Shown: piece by piece, positions 1 to 11,362 of the stretch
Layout: each line of letters opens with the position of its first letter
Numbering within the stretch: position 1 is the first letter of the stretch
Source: Chloroflexota bacterium
Lineage (GTDB): Bacteria; Chloroflexota; Dehalococcoidia; SM23-28-2; RBG-16-64-32
Assembly: GCA_022564695.1 (NCBI GenBank)
Contig: JADFKX010000003.1
Coordinates: 1-37,498 of the forward strand
Direction: 5' to 3'
DNA: 37,498 nt
Notes under the pieces: model-generated
What the model was told of the DNA's origin: nothing
The model's database searches: none
What the model saw: the letters and a program-made list of their open reading frames with translations, nothing else
Translations under genes and position numbers: made by a program

Positions 1-15
1 GCGCATGGATTTATC

Positions 16-44
16 TTGACCGTGAACTCTGACGTCTATATTAT
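16..44 (+). promoter_or_regulatory. sigma70-type promoter of pyrF
   Basis: TTGACC(16-21)-17 nt-TATTAT(39-44), followed by AAGGAGG at 54-60. Confidence 0.65.
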
Positions 45-75
45 GCGCAGGCAAAGGAGGTGGGCTACTACGGGT

Positions 76-888
76 ATGACATTCTGGGAGAAGCTCGCCG
101 AGGCGAGCCGGCGTAACCAGAGCCTCCTCTGCATTGGCCTTGACCCTGACCCCTCAATTCTCAGGGGTACGCCCGTAGCAGCGTTCCTCCAAGCGATCAT
201 CGAAGCCACTCAGGATTTGGTCTGCGCCTACAAGCCGAACTTAGCGTTCTTCGAGGCGCTGGGGATCGGTGGCATGCAGACTCTCCTTGAGGCGCTACGA
301 GGGGTGCCGTCCTACGTCCCGATCATCGCAGACGCGAAGCGGGGAGATATCGGCTCCACTAACCGCTTCTACGCCCAGGCCCTGTTTGAAGTGTACGACT
401 TCGACGCGGCTACGGTGAACCCCTACCTGGGCGGTGACTCAGTACAGCCGTTCCTGGAGTATGGTGACCGTGGTGTGTTCATATTGTGCCGTACGTCCAA
501 CCCGGGTGCGGCGGACGTGCAAGGGCTTCGTCTTGAGGATGGCAGGCTGCTGTTTGAGGCGGTAGCGGATCTGGCCAATCTCTGGAACACAGCGAGTAAT
601 GTGGGGTTGGTGATGGGCGCCACGTGGCCGGAGGAGCTGGAGCGGGTGCGGGCGATCTGTCCAGAGCTGCCGATGCTGCTTCCGGGGGTCGGTCCTCAGG
701 GCGGAGAGCTGGGCCGGGCGTTGGAGGCCGCCCTGGACGCCGAGGGCGGCGGCGTCATCGTCAGCGCCTCACGTCAGATCCTATACGCGTCACCGACAGA
801 CGATTTCGCGAAGGCCGCGCGGAGGGCCGCGCTGGGGTTGCGGGACGAGATCAACCGAGAGCGAGACGCCCTGCTGGCCAGACGTTAG
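76..888 (+). CDS. pyrF: orotidine-5'-phosphate decarboxylase
   Basis: [45 protein letters not shown] motifs; start moved to ATG 76, downstream of the promoter and SD. Confidence 0.95.
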   Translation: MTFWEKLAEASRRNQSLLCIGLDPDPSILRGTPVAAFLQAIIEATQDLVCAYKPNLAFFEALGIGGMQTLLEALRGVPSYVPIIADAKRGDIGSTNRFYAQALFEVYDFDAATVNPYLGGDSVQPFLEYGDRGVFILCRTSNPGAADVQGLRLEDGRLLFEAVADLANLWNTASNVGLVMGATWPEELERVRAICPELPMLLPGVGPQGGELGRALEAALDAEGGGVIVSASRQILYASPTDDFAKAARRAALGLRDEINRERDALLARR

Positions 889-890
889 CG

Positions 891-1100
891 ATGGTGATGG
901 AGGTGCGTCTGGGAGACGTGGTGCGGCTGCGCAAGGTACATCCCTGCGGCGGCTACGTTTGGGAGGTAGTTCGTTTGGGCGCGGACATTGGCATTCGATG
1001 CCGCAACTGCGGCCGGCGTGTGCTCCTGGAGCGTCGGGTGTTCGAGAAGCGGGTGAAGGAGTTTCTGGCGAGAGGCGAACCGGACGAGTCCGCGAGCTAG
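891..1100 (+). CDS. DUF951 family small Cys-rich protein
   Basis: [33 protein letters not shown] pattern; C-terminal part of track ORF 624..1100; ATG 891. Confidence 0.9.
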   Translation: MVMEVRLGDVVRLRKVHPCGGYVWEVVRLGADIGIRCRNCGRRVLLERRVFEKRVKEFLARGEPDESAS

Positions 1101-1107
1101 CCCGAAT

Positions 1108-2481
1108 ATGGTCTACGAACCCCCGCAGATCGAGGACATCGCCGACTCTCGCTCCCTCCTCAGGCAGCCCCGCTTCGCTACCCTCTGGCTAACTCAGGGT
1201 CTGGCCCAGACGGCCCAGAACGCCATCCTGTTCACGCTCCTGGTGCTGGTGCTGAAGCTCACGGGCTCCAGCGCCGCCAGCAGCCTGCTGGTCCTGGCGT
1301 TTATTCTGCCTTCGATCTTCATTGGCGTGTTTGTTGGGGTGATGCTTGACCGCTGGCGAAAGGGGACGATCCTTGTCATCACTAACGTTGTGCGGGCGGG
1401 CGCGTGCGGCCTGTACCTGTTCTTCAACGATGATGTGGTGGCGATCCTGGCTATCAGCCTGGTGTTCAGCACCAGCGGTCTCTTTTTCAACCCGGCGATA
1501 GTATCGCTGATCCCATCTATGGTGAGCCAGGACCGGCTCGTAAGCGCCAACAGCCTGTACAACTTCACTCTCACCGGCGCTCAACTGGGGGGGTTGGTGT
1601 TCCTGGCGCCCGTGATCCTGAAGCTGGGTGACGAGCGGACGATGTTCGTGGTGGCGGGTGGCCTGTTCATCGTGGCCGCCGGGCTGGCCGTGTGGCTGGA
1701 TACGCTGCGTGATGATCGGGAGACCGAACCGCGAAGGGGGCGGCAGTTCGGTGGCATACTGGAGGAGTTCCGAAAGGGATGGCACGCTCTGACATCAGAT
1801 TCCGCATCCGCTCTAGCGATGGCGCAACTGACTATGGGCAGCACTCTGGTCCTCCTGTTCGCGATACTCATCCCCCGGTATATGGAAGAGGTGCTGAGCC
1901 GCTCTCCGGACGACGCCGCCTTCCTGTTCGCGCCGACGGGGGTGGGGGCGCTGGTGGGGCTGCGCTTCATTCCCTGGTTTAGCCGCAAGGGTAATAACAG
2001 AGTTGTCGTCATCGGTCTTGTGGGTGTCGCGGTGTCGCTGGTGCTGCTGGCGACGGTGCGCGGCCTGACGGAGATTATGGAGACGACACCCGGGCCGCTG
2101 AACCCCGGCCGGTTCCTGGGCCTTTCGTTATTGCAATCGTTAACGATGATGTTCGCTGCGCCTATGGGTTTCTCCTATGCGCTGCTGAACGCCCCGGCCC
2201 AGACCATACTCCACAAGCGGGCGCCGCCGGAGATGAGAGGCCGTATCTTCGCCACTCAGGTGGTATCGGCGAACTTCATCTCGCTGCTGCCGCTGCTGGT
2301 GGTGGGAGGCATGATCGACATCACTAGCGTGACGGTAGTGCTGGTGGGTGTAGCGGCTTTCCTGTTACTATTCGCTTACGCGAGCGCCCGCGTAGGCGGC
2401 ATGACGGACGGGGACGAGACGCCGCCGCGAGCGCGGGAAGGCGTATCCAGTTCAGTTGACACCCCTACTAGGCTGAGCTAG
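1108..2481 (+). CDS. MFS transporter
   Basis: about 12 hydrophobic segments, GVMLDRWRKG motif A-like, PPEMRGRIFA. Confidence 0.9.
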   Translation: MVYEPPQIEDIADSRSLLRQPRFATLWLTQGLAQTAQNAILFTLLVLVLKLTGSSAASSLLVLAFILPSIFIGVFVGVMLDRWRKGTILVITNVVRAGACGLYLFFNDDVVAILAISLVFSTSGLFFNPAIVSLIPSMVSQDRLVSANSLYNFTLTGAQLGGLVFLAPVILKLGDERTMFVVAGGLFIVAAGLAVWLDTLRDDRETEPRRGRQFGGILEEFRKGWHALTSDSASALAMAQLTMGSTLVLLFAILIPRYMEEVLSRSPDDAAFLFAPTGVGALVGLRFIPWFSRKGNNRVVVIGLVGVAVSLVLLATVRGLTEIMETTPGPLNPGRFLGLSLLQSLTMMFAAPMGFSYALLNAPAQTILHKRAPPEMRGRIFATQVVSANFISLLPLLVVGGMIDITSVTVVLVGVAAFLLLFAYASARVGGMTDGDETPPRAREGVSSSVDTPTRLS

Positions 2482-2484
2482 AAT
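2456..2484 (+). promoter_or_regulatory. near-consensus sigma70 promoter inside the 3' end of the MFS gene
   Basis: TTGACA(2456-2461)-17 nt-TAGAAT(2479-2484). Confidence 0.75.
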
Positions 2485-2513
2485 TGCCATGCATTGAATC
2501 TGGAGGTGGGAGT

Positions 2514-3053
2514 GTGGTTGAGCTAACTATAGAGAGCATTCGCGTCAGCCTGATGAACTATCAGCGGGTGGTCATTCTCAAGGAGAAGGAGACCGACCGT
2601 TATCTGCCGATCTGGATTGGGCCGGCAGAGGCGGACGCGATAGCCGTGCGGCTGCAAGATGTGGCGGTGGCGCGGCCCCTGACTCACGACTTGCTGCGGA
2701 CGCTCATCGATAGCCTTGGGGCGAAGGTGAGCCACATTCTGGTTAACGACCTGGAGAACGATACGTTCTTCGCCCGCATCGTATTGACGGTTGACGGCAA
2801 GGAGATTGAGATAGACTCTCGTCCCAGCGACGCGATCGCTCTGGCTGTGCGCGCCCAGGTGCCCATCTACGCGAACGAGGCTGTGTTGGAGAAGGCGGGG
2901 GTCCGTCTGGACCAGGAGGGTCAACCTCTGGGGAAGGGTGTGGGACCAGAGATTGAGCCGACCAGCGAGGCGGATGCGGATGAGCTGAAGAAGCTATCGC
3001 CCTTCCGCGATGTGATAGAAGGGCTGGATATGGAGGGCTTCGAGAAGAAGTAG
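2514..3053 (+). CDS. bifunctional nuclease family protein (DUF151)
   Basis: RYLPIWIGPAEADAI, RPLTHDL, IDSRPSDAIALA motifs; GTG 2514 after GGAGG. Confidence 0.92.
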   Translation: MVELTIESIRVSLMNYQRVVILKEKETDRYLPIWIGPAEADAIAVRLQDVAVARPLTHDLLRTLIDSLGAKVSHILVNDLENDTFFARIVLTVDGKEIEIDSRPSDAIALAVRAQVPIYANEAVLEKAGVRLDQEGQPLGKGVGPEIEPTSEADADELKKLSPFRDVIEGLDMEGFEKK

Positions 3054-3075
3054 TCGAAGATCCGACGGCGGCGGC

Positions 3076-3110
3076 GCCTCAGGCTTTACGGCCTGGGGCT
3101 TTTGTGTTAT
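3076..3110 (+). terminator. intrinsic terminator
   Basis: GCCTCAGGC-tttacg-GCCTGGGGC stem (one G-U pair) followed by TTTTGTGTTAT. Confidence 0.7.
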
Positions 3111-3141
3111 TGGAGGGTTGAAGTTGGATTGTAATGGGCGG

Positions 3142-3159
3142 TTGTGATAAAGTGCGCAA
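3142..3159. promoter_or_regulatory. Rex-like operator overlapping the putative extended -10 of the atp operon
   Basis: TTGTGATAAAGTGCGCAA versus Rex consensus TTGTGAANNNNTTCACAA; contains TG-A-TAAAGT. Confidence 0.5.
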
Positions 3160-3192
3160 TCGGAGAGGCTTGCGGAGGTGGTGTGTGCTGCC

Positions 3193-3423
3193 ATGATGGA
3201 ACGGCTGCCGCCGACGATGCGGCTTACCGGCCTGGGGTTCTATCTAGCGCTATGCATCAGCGGTGGCGTGTTCGGCGGGGTGCAGTTGGATGGGTGGCTG
3301 GACACGGGGCGCCTGTTCGCTGTCCTGGGCCTGCTTCTGGGGCTGGCTCTGGGTTTAGGAGGCAGCTTTATTCTCCTGCTGGAAGTGCTTAAGACGAACT
3401 ATGATAAGAAGGAAGGACAATAG
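3193..3423 (+). CDS. AtpZ/AtpI family (ATP synthase gene 1) protein
   Basis: two hydrophobic helices around GVQLDGWLDTG; first gene of the atp operon; start uncertain (3178-3196). Confidence 0.8.
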   Translation: MMERLPPTMRLTGLGFYLALCISGGVFGGVQLDGWLDTGRLFAVLGLLLGLALGLGGSFILLLEVLKTNYDKKEGQ

Positions 3424-4503
3424 ATGAGGCTCAGTCGGGGCCGGCTGATCGCCGGTGGACTGATTGTCCTTACCGTCCTGGGCTTCGTTTTTCTGCGGGG
3501 TCCCACGCCTGCCATCTCCATCAAGGCGGAGACGATCCAGACCTTCGGCCCTGTAGATATCACGAATACGATGCTGACTTCGTGGATCGTGGTGATAATC
3601 ATGGTCACGATAGTGTATCTGGGGACGCGCCGGCGCGACCTGGTGCCCAGGGGCTTCCAGAACATGTTTGAGGCAGCGCTGGAGGCGTTCTATAACTTGG
3701 TGGTGAGCGTGGCCGGCGAGAAGAACGGGCGCCGGTTCTTCCCCGTCGTCGCTACGCTCTTCTTCTTCATCCTGGTCTCCAACTTGCTGTCGCTGTTTCC
3801 GATGTTCAGCGTCATCGGTCTGGTCCGGGAGGAGGAGCATGGGTTCGTGATGGAGCGGACGGATGTGGGCCCTCTCCCCGTGAGCTGGGTGGGGCTGTCC
3901 AGCCTCAGCAGCCTCAGCGGCGACTCGATAGACGAGGACGACCCGGACGCGGAGGAGCAGCTTAGGGAGGCTAACGAGGATGGGAAGATCGTGGGGGAGC
4001 TGATCCCGTTGTTCCGCGGCCCCAACACGGACCTCAACACCCCTCTGGCGCTTGCGATCGTATCCGCGATAGCGGTGGAGAGCTGGGGGATCGCGTCGTT
4101 GGGGTTGGGCGGGTACGGCCGTAAGTTCTTCAACTTCGGGGGCATGTTCCGGGGTTTATTCCGGCTTAACTTCCGGCAGTTCTTCCAGGGGGGGATCGAC
4201 GCCTTCGTGGGTATTCTGGAGTTGATCTCGGAGATTGTGCGGCTGATCAGCTTCACCTTCCGTCTGTTCGGGAACATGTTCGCCGGCGAGGTGGTGATAC
4301 TGATGTTCACTTTCCTGACGCCGCTGGTAGTGACTGTCCTCTTTTACGGTCTGGAGCTGTTTGTGGGCATCATACAGGCGTTCATTTTCGCCATACTGAC
4401 GCTGGTGTTCGGCATGATGGCAGTCGCCCACGGTGAGGCGCAAGCCGCCGAGGGAGGGCATGAAGAGGGGCCTGGGGCGATGGCTTCGGAGGCCCAAAAC
4501 TAG
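3424..4503 (+). CDS. atpB: ATP synthase F0 subunit a
   Basis: VPRGFQN, SFTFRLFGNMFAGE, ELFVGIIQAFIF; long acidic loop insertion. Confidence 0.97.
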   Translation: MRLSRGRLIAGGLIVLTVLGFVFLRGPTPAISIKAETIQTFGPVDITNTMLTSWIVVIIMVTIVYLGTRRRDLVPRGFQNMFEAALEAFYNLVVSVAGEKNGRRFFPVVATLFFFILVSNLLSLFPMFSVIGLVREEEHGFVMERTDVGPLPVSWVGLSSLSSLSGDSIDEDDPDAEEQLREANEDGKIVGELIPLFRGPNTDLNTPLALAIVSAIAVESWGIASLGLGGYGRKFFNFGGMFRGLFRLNFRQFFQGGIDAFVGILELISEIVRLISFTFRLFGNMFAGEVVILMFTFLTPLVVTVLFYGLELFVGIIQAFIFAILTLVFGMMAVAHGEAQAAEGGHEEGPGAMASEAQN

Positions 4504-4532
4504 AGCAAAACGAACGAAGAGCAAGGAGGTAG

Positions 4533-4853
<321 letters not shown>

Positions 4854-4893
4854 GCGACCGGTCCGGGCGAGGGCTTAGACGGGAGCTAACGGC

Positions 4894-5433
4894 ATGGTGT
4901 TTCTTGCAGAGGGCGGCATCGGGGCGCTTGGTATCAACCTGCCCAGCCTGATCGCCCAGCTCATCAACTTCACTTTCCTGCTGATCGTGTTGGGCTGGGC
5001 GTTCAAACGGTTCTTGTTCCCGCTGCTGGACGAACGACGGAAGCGCATCCAGGAGGGGCTAGAGGCTTCCGAGGAGGCGAAGAAGCACCTGGCCCAGACG
5101 GAGACCGAGACAGCGGCTGAGCTGGATAAGGCACGTCAGGAGGGGCAGGGGCTCATCGGGCAGGCGCAGCAGATGTCTTCTCGAATCCAGGAGGAGGCGC
5201 GCCAGTCAGCCCGCACGGAGACGGAGACGCTGCTGGAGCGGGCGCGCAGTGAGATACAGATGGAACGGGATGCGGCGATCGCTGACTTGCGACGGGAATT
5301 CGCCGATCTCACGATCACGGCCGCGGAGCGGGTGATCCGGCGCAGCCTGGACCGGACGGCGCACCGGGAGCTGATCGAGGAGGTGCTGGCGGAGGCGCCG
5401 CAGGGTGACGATGGGAAGGACGGCCATACATGA
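4894..5433 (+). CDS. atpF: ATP synthase F0 subunit b
   Basis: AQLINF transmembrane segment, LDERRKRI, long coiled coil. Confidence 0.96.
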   Translation: MVFLAEGGIGALGINLPSLIAQLINFTFLLIVLGWAFKRFLFPLLDERRKRIQEGLEASEEAKKHLAQTETETAAELDKARQEGQGLIGQAQQMSSRIQEEARQSARTETETLLERARSEIQMERDAAIADLRREFADLTITAAERVIRRSLDRTAHRELIEEVLAEAPQGDDGKDGHT

Positions 5434-5969
5434 TCCGTGAGATCGCGGCCCGCCGCTACGGCGAGGCGGCGTTCCAGATCGCCCGCGATGGCGGCACGGA
5501 GGAACGCTGGTCGGAGGGGCTGGCCCTTATGGCCGACGTCTTCTCCGATCCTGAGATAGCGGCGCTGATGCAGGAGGCGCGCGTGTCCGCCGCCGATAAG
5601 ATGGGGCTTGCGGAGAAGTCGCTTGCGGGCGTCGATCCGCTGGTGCTGAACCTGGCACGGCTGCTGGTGCACCGAGGCCGTACGGCGCTGGCGGGCCAGG
5701 TAGCGGAGGCGTTCCAGGAGCTGATGGACGCGAAACGGGGCATCGCCCACGCGCTGGTGACCACCGCCGTCCCTCTATCTGACGACGAAACAAGGGCGGT
5801 GGCCGAAAGGCTGAGCGAGATCAGCGATCGGCAGGTGGTGGTTGAGACGCAGGTGGACGAGAGGATCATCGGCGGCCTCGTCGCCCGTATCGGCGACAAG
5901 CTTATCGACGGGTCCACGCGCAGCCGGTTGCTGGCGCTAAAGCGCCGTCTGCGGGAGGCGCGGGCGTGA
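5430..5969 (+). CDS. atpH: ATP synthase F1 subunit delta
   Basis: ARRYGEAAF, IIGGLVARIGDKLIDGS. Confidence 0.96.
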   Translation: MIREIAARRYGEAAFQIARDGGTEERWSEGLALMADVFSDPEIAALMQEARVSAADKMGLAEKSLAGVDPLVLNLARLLVHRGRTALAGQVAEAFQELMDAKRGIAHALVTTAVPLSDDETRAVAERLSEISDRQVVVETQVDERIIGGLVARIGDKLIDGSTRSRLLALKRRLREARA

Positions 5970-6460
5970 CTGCTGCTGTTGCGAAGGCGGACGTTGAGCG
6001 AGAGCTCCTGGGGGCCTGGGAGACGCTGGGCGCTGCGGTGGACTCCTTCTCCGATATGGAGTTGGAGCAACCCGGGGTGGTGGAGAGTTGGTCGATAAAG
6101 GACCTGCTGGGACACATCGCTTTCTGGGCGCAGCAGGCGGCTAAGAACATGCAGCTTATCGCCGAGGGCAGGGCGGATGATGTTCAGCGCCCCAGCGACG
6201 AGAAGGCGTTGGACGAGTGGAACGAGCGCGAATGGCGGCTGCGCCGAGCGCGGTCTCTTTCGGACGTGAGGGAGGAGTGGCTGGAGAGCTTCGACGGAGC
6301 GGTGCAGGCGCTGGCGGCCTTATCATCCGAGAGGCTGGAAGAGAAGTTCAAGAGTTACACGGCGCTCAAGCTGTTCGCGGAGGATACTTACGAACATTAC
6401 AAGGAGCACCTGGCGCATCTGACGGCCTGGCGGCGGGAGCTGGAGACGACGGAGACGTAG
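5966..6460 (+). CDS. DinB/ClbS-DfsB-like four-helix-bundle protein inserted in the atp operon
   Basis: WSIKDLLGHIAFW and EHYKEH metal-His motifs; GTGA overlap with the atpH stop. Confidence 0.8.
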   Translation: MTAAVAKADVERELLGAWETLGAAVDSFSDMELEQPGVVESWSIKDLLGHIAFWAQQAAKNMQLIAEGRADDVQRPSDEKALDEWNEREWRLRRARSLSDVREEWLESFDGAVQALAALSSERLEEKFKSYTALKLFAEDTYEHYKEHLAHLTAWRRELETTET

Positions 6461-6469
6461 GAGGACGAT

Positions 6470-7981
6470 ATGGCGGTACGCCCTGAAGAGATAGCGTCTA
6501 TAATCCGGCAGCAGATCGAGCAGTTCGGTGGCGCGATCACGGCCGTTGACGTGGGTACGGTGGTGGAGGCCGGAGACGGCATCGTGCGCGTGCACGGCCT
6601 GCGCGGCGCAATGTACAGCGAGATGCTGGAGTTCCCCAACAACGTGATGGGGATGGCCTTGAACCTGGAGGAGGAGACCGTCGGCGCGATCGTCCTCGGC
6701 GATTACAAGGGGATCAAGGAGGGCGACGAAGTCCGTTCCACGGGGCGCATCGTGGAGGTCCCCGTAGGCGAAGGGCTCATAGGTCGCGTGGTTGACCCGT
6801 TGGGCCAGCCGCTGGACGGCAAAGGCCCGGTCAAATCAGACAAGACGCGGCCGGTGGAGCGCATCGCCCCCAACGTGGTGATGCGACAGAGTGTCGACAC
6901 GCCGGTGCACACCGGCATCAAGGCTGTGGACGCCATGATCCCTATCGGCCGCGGTCAGCGCGAGCTGATCATCGGCGACCGGTTCACCGGCAAGACGGCG
7001 ATCTGTCTGGACACGATCATCGCGCAGAAGGGTGGCGACCTGGTCTGCATTTACGTGGCTATCGGCCAGCAGGCGTCGAAGGTGGCACAGGTGGTAGCCA
7101 CGCTGGAGGAGCACGGCGCAATGGAGCACTCGGTGGTGGTGGCGGCCAACGCCGCCGACCCCGCTGCCCTTCAGTACCTGGCGCCCTATGCCGGCTGCGC
7201 AGTGGGTGAGGAGTTCATGGAGCAGGGCAAGGATGCGCTGGTCATCTACGATGACCTCTCCAAGCACGCCTGGGCCTACCGGCAGATGTCGCTGCTGCTG
7301 CGGCGCCCGCCCGGCCGCGAGGCGTATCCCGGCGACGTCTTCTATTTGCACAGCCGGTTGCTGGAGCGGGCTGCCAGGCTCTCGGCGGAACTCGGCGGTG
7401 GCTCGTTGACCGCTCTTCCCATCATCGAGACGCAGGCGGGCGACGTCTCCGCCTACATTCCGACCAACGTCATCTCCATCACTGACGGTCAGATCTACCT
7501 GGAGGCGGACCTGTTCAACGCGGGCATCCGTCCCGCGATTAACGTTGGCCTCTCGGTCTCCCGCGTGGGCGGCGCCGCCCAGACGCGGGCGATGCGCAAG
7601 GTATCGGGCGGCCTGCGCCTGGACCTGGCGCAGTACCGGGAGCTGGCCGCGTTCGCCCAGTTCGGCACGGCGGATCTGGACGCCGCCACCCGTCGCCAGC
7701 TGGAGCGGGGTCAGCGCCTTACGGAGGTGCTGAAGCAGCTCCAGTTCCAGCCGCTTTCCCCGGGCCAGGAGGTGAGCATCCTCTACGCGGGGGTGAACGG
7801 CTATCTGGACGACGTTGAGCTGGGCAAGGTGCATGGTTTTGAGGAGGCGTTCCACAACTACATGCAGGGAAGCCACCCGGACACGCTCAAGGAGATCGAC
7901 GAGAAGAAGGAGCTGACGCCGGAGATAGAGGAGCAGATCAAGACGGCGATCAAGCAGTTCAAGGAGAGCGTTCCCTATTAG
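6470..7981 (+). CDS. atpA: ATP synthase F1 subunit alpha
   Basis: [43 protein letters not shown]. Confidence 0.99.
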   Translation: MAVRPEEIASIIRQQIEQFGGAITAVDVGTVVEAGDGIVRVHGLRGAMYSEMLEFPNNVMGMALNLEEETVGAIVLGDYKGIKEGDEVRSTGRIVEVPVGEGLIGRVVDPLGQPLDGKGPVKSDKTRPVERIAPNVVMRQSVDTPVHTGIKAVDAMIPIGRGQRELIIGDRFTGKTAICLDTIIAQKGGDLVCIYVAIGQQASKVAQVVATLEEHGAMEHSVVVAANAADPAALQYLAPYAGCAVGEEFMEQGKDALVIYDDLSKHAWAYRQMSLLLRRPPGREAYPGDVFYLHSRLLERAARLSAELGGGSLTALPIIETQAGDVSAYIPTNVISITDGQIYLEADLFNAGIRPAINVGLSVSRVGGAAQTRAMRKVSGGLRLDLAQYRELAAFAQFGTADLDAATRRQLERGQRLTEVLKQLQFQPLSPGQEVSILYAGVNGYLDDVELGKVHGFEEAFHNYMQGSHPDTLKEIDEKKELTPEIEEQIKTAIKQFKESVPY

Positions 7982-7985
7982 CGCC

Positions 7986-8129
7986 ATGGCTGCACTGACG
8001 CGTATTCGCAGGAGCATGCATGGAGGTCAACTCTTGGCACCGCGGACTGAAGTCCGCGGCATGGTCTGTTGGAGCCGCGCACCATACCTACCGGCAGGCA
8101 GGCTTGAGTGCGCGGGGTGGGCTTCATAG
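7986..8129 (+). other. mini-ORF 1 (47 aa, MAALTRIRRS...) with degenerate atpG-like start and two hairpins
   Basis: ATG 4 nt after the atpA stop, open to TAG 8127-8129; translation not demonstrated. Confidence 0.4.
8040..8115. repeat. REP-like hairpin pair 1 with nested 21-nt insertion
   Basis: CCGCGGACT-GA-AGTCCGCGG (8040-8059) and CCGCGCAC[CATACCTACCGGCAGGCAGGC]TTGAGTGCGCGG (8075-8115). Confidence 0.75.
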
Positions 8130-8131
8130 CG

Positions 8132-8178
8132 ATGGCAACTCTGCGTGAGATAAAGCGTCGTATCCGCAGCATCGAGAG
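8132..8178 (+). repeat. 47-nt direct duplicate of the atpG 5' end (second copy 8269..8315, 1 mismatch)
   Basis: ATGGCAACTCTGCGTGAGATAAAGCGTCG[T/C]ATCCGCAGCATCGAGAG occurs twice. Confidence 0.97.
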
Positions 8179-8191
8179 ACGAATGGCTAGA

Positions 8192-8251
8192 CCGCAGCCT
8201 GAAGGCTGCGGCATCGATGGAAAGTTGCATGCGCCAGGCTTGAGCCTGGGG
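8192..8251. repeat. REP-like hairpin pair 2
   Basis: CCGCAGCCT-GA-AGGCTGCGG (8192-8211) and CGCCAGGCT-TG-AGCCTGGGG (8232-8251). Confidence 0.75.
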
Positions 8252-8268
8252 TCTAGGTATGCTGCCTA

Positions 8269-10621
<2,353 letters not shown>

Positions 10622-10631
10622 GAATAGGGCG

Positions 10632-10922
10632 ATGGCTAAACAGAGTGCCCGTACCCTGCCGCGGCCGTTCACCCTGCACTGGGGGAGCGGGCGCATTGTG
10701 GAGGAGGCTGCCTACGCCGGACAGCATCACGAGCCGTCTCTGCAACTCCTGGAGTTCGATGACGGCTCTCTCTCGGTACGATTCTGCTATTATGACCACG
10801 CCGGCCGATTCCAGCGCAGCCCGCTCATCGTTAGTGACGACGAGGTCGCTGGTCTCCAGAAGGCTCTGGCCGGGACGCCCAAGTTTCGAGCGCTGTTGCG
10901 GGAGATGTTGAGTAAGAGATGA
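10632..10922 (+). CDS. hypothetical protein (96 aa) inserted between atpD and atpC
   Basis: ATG 10632 (MAKQSARTLPRPF...), fills the gap exactly and ends in an ATGA overlap with atpC. Confidence 0.75.
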   Translation: MAKQSARTLPRPFTLHWGSGRIVEEAAYAGQHHEPSLQLLEFDDGSLSVRFCYYDHAGRFQRSPLIVSDDEVAGLQKALAGTPKFRALLREMLSKR

Positions 10923-11362
10923 CCCTTAAGGTCGAGATAGTCACGGCGGAGCAGTTGGTCTACTCCGAGGAGGACGTGGATCAACTGATCGTGCCCGGTG
11001 TGGCGGGCGAGCTGGGCGTCCTTACGCTGCATGCGCCTCTATTGACTATGATCCAGCCGGGAGTGCTGCGCATAGTCAAAGGCGACGAAGAGGTGGAGAT
11101 GGCGATCACGGGTGGCTTCATCGAGGTGCGCGACAACCGAGTAACGATCCTGGCCGACGCGGCGGAGCGGTCTGAAGAGATCGATGAGGAGCGAGCGGAG
11201 GAGGCGCGCCACCAGGCCCAGCGCCGCCTGGAGGAGCGGGGGGCGGAGGTGCCCCTGGTGCAGGTGCAGGCGGAGCTAGCGCGTGCGCTGGCCCGAATCA
11301 AGGCTGTGTCGCGACGGCGTCGGCGAAGGGGCGGGGTGCCGCCCGGCCCACCACGGCCCTAG
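10919..11362 (+). CDS. atpC: ATP synthase F1 subunit epsilon
   Basis: LKVEIVTAE, GELGVL..HAPL, GGFIEV, ILADAAE; poly-Arg/Pro tail. Confidence 0.97.
   Translation: MTLKVEIVTAEQLVYSEEDVDQLIVPGVAGELGVLTLHAPLLTMIQPGVLRIVKGDEEVEMAITGGFIEVRDNRVTILADAAERSEEIDEERAEEARHQAQRRLEERGAEVPLVQVQAELARALARIKAVSRRRRRRGGVPPGPPRP

Noticed and set aside
6836-8017. Long antisense ORFs over atpA (also over atpD, mreB, bCerS and spt)
   Set aside because: Shadow frames typical of high-GC coding DNA; the opposite strand carries recognisable conserved genes
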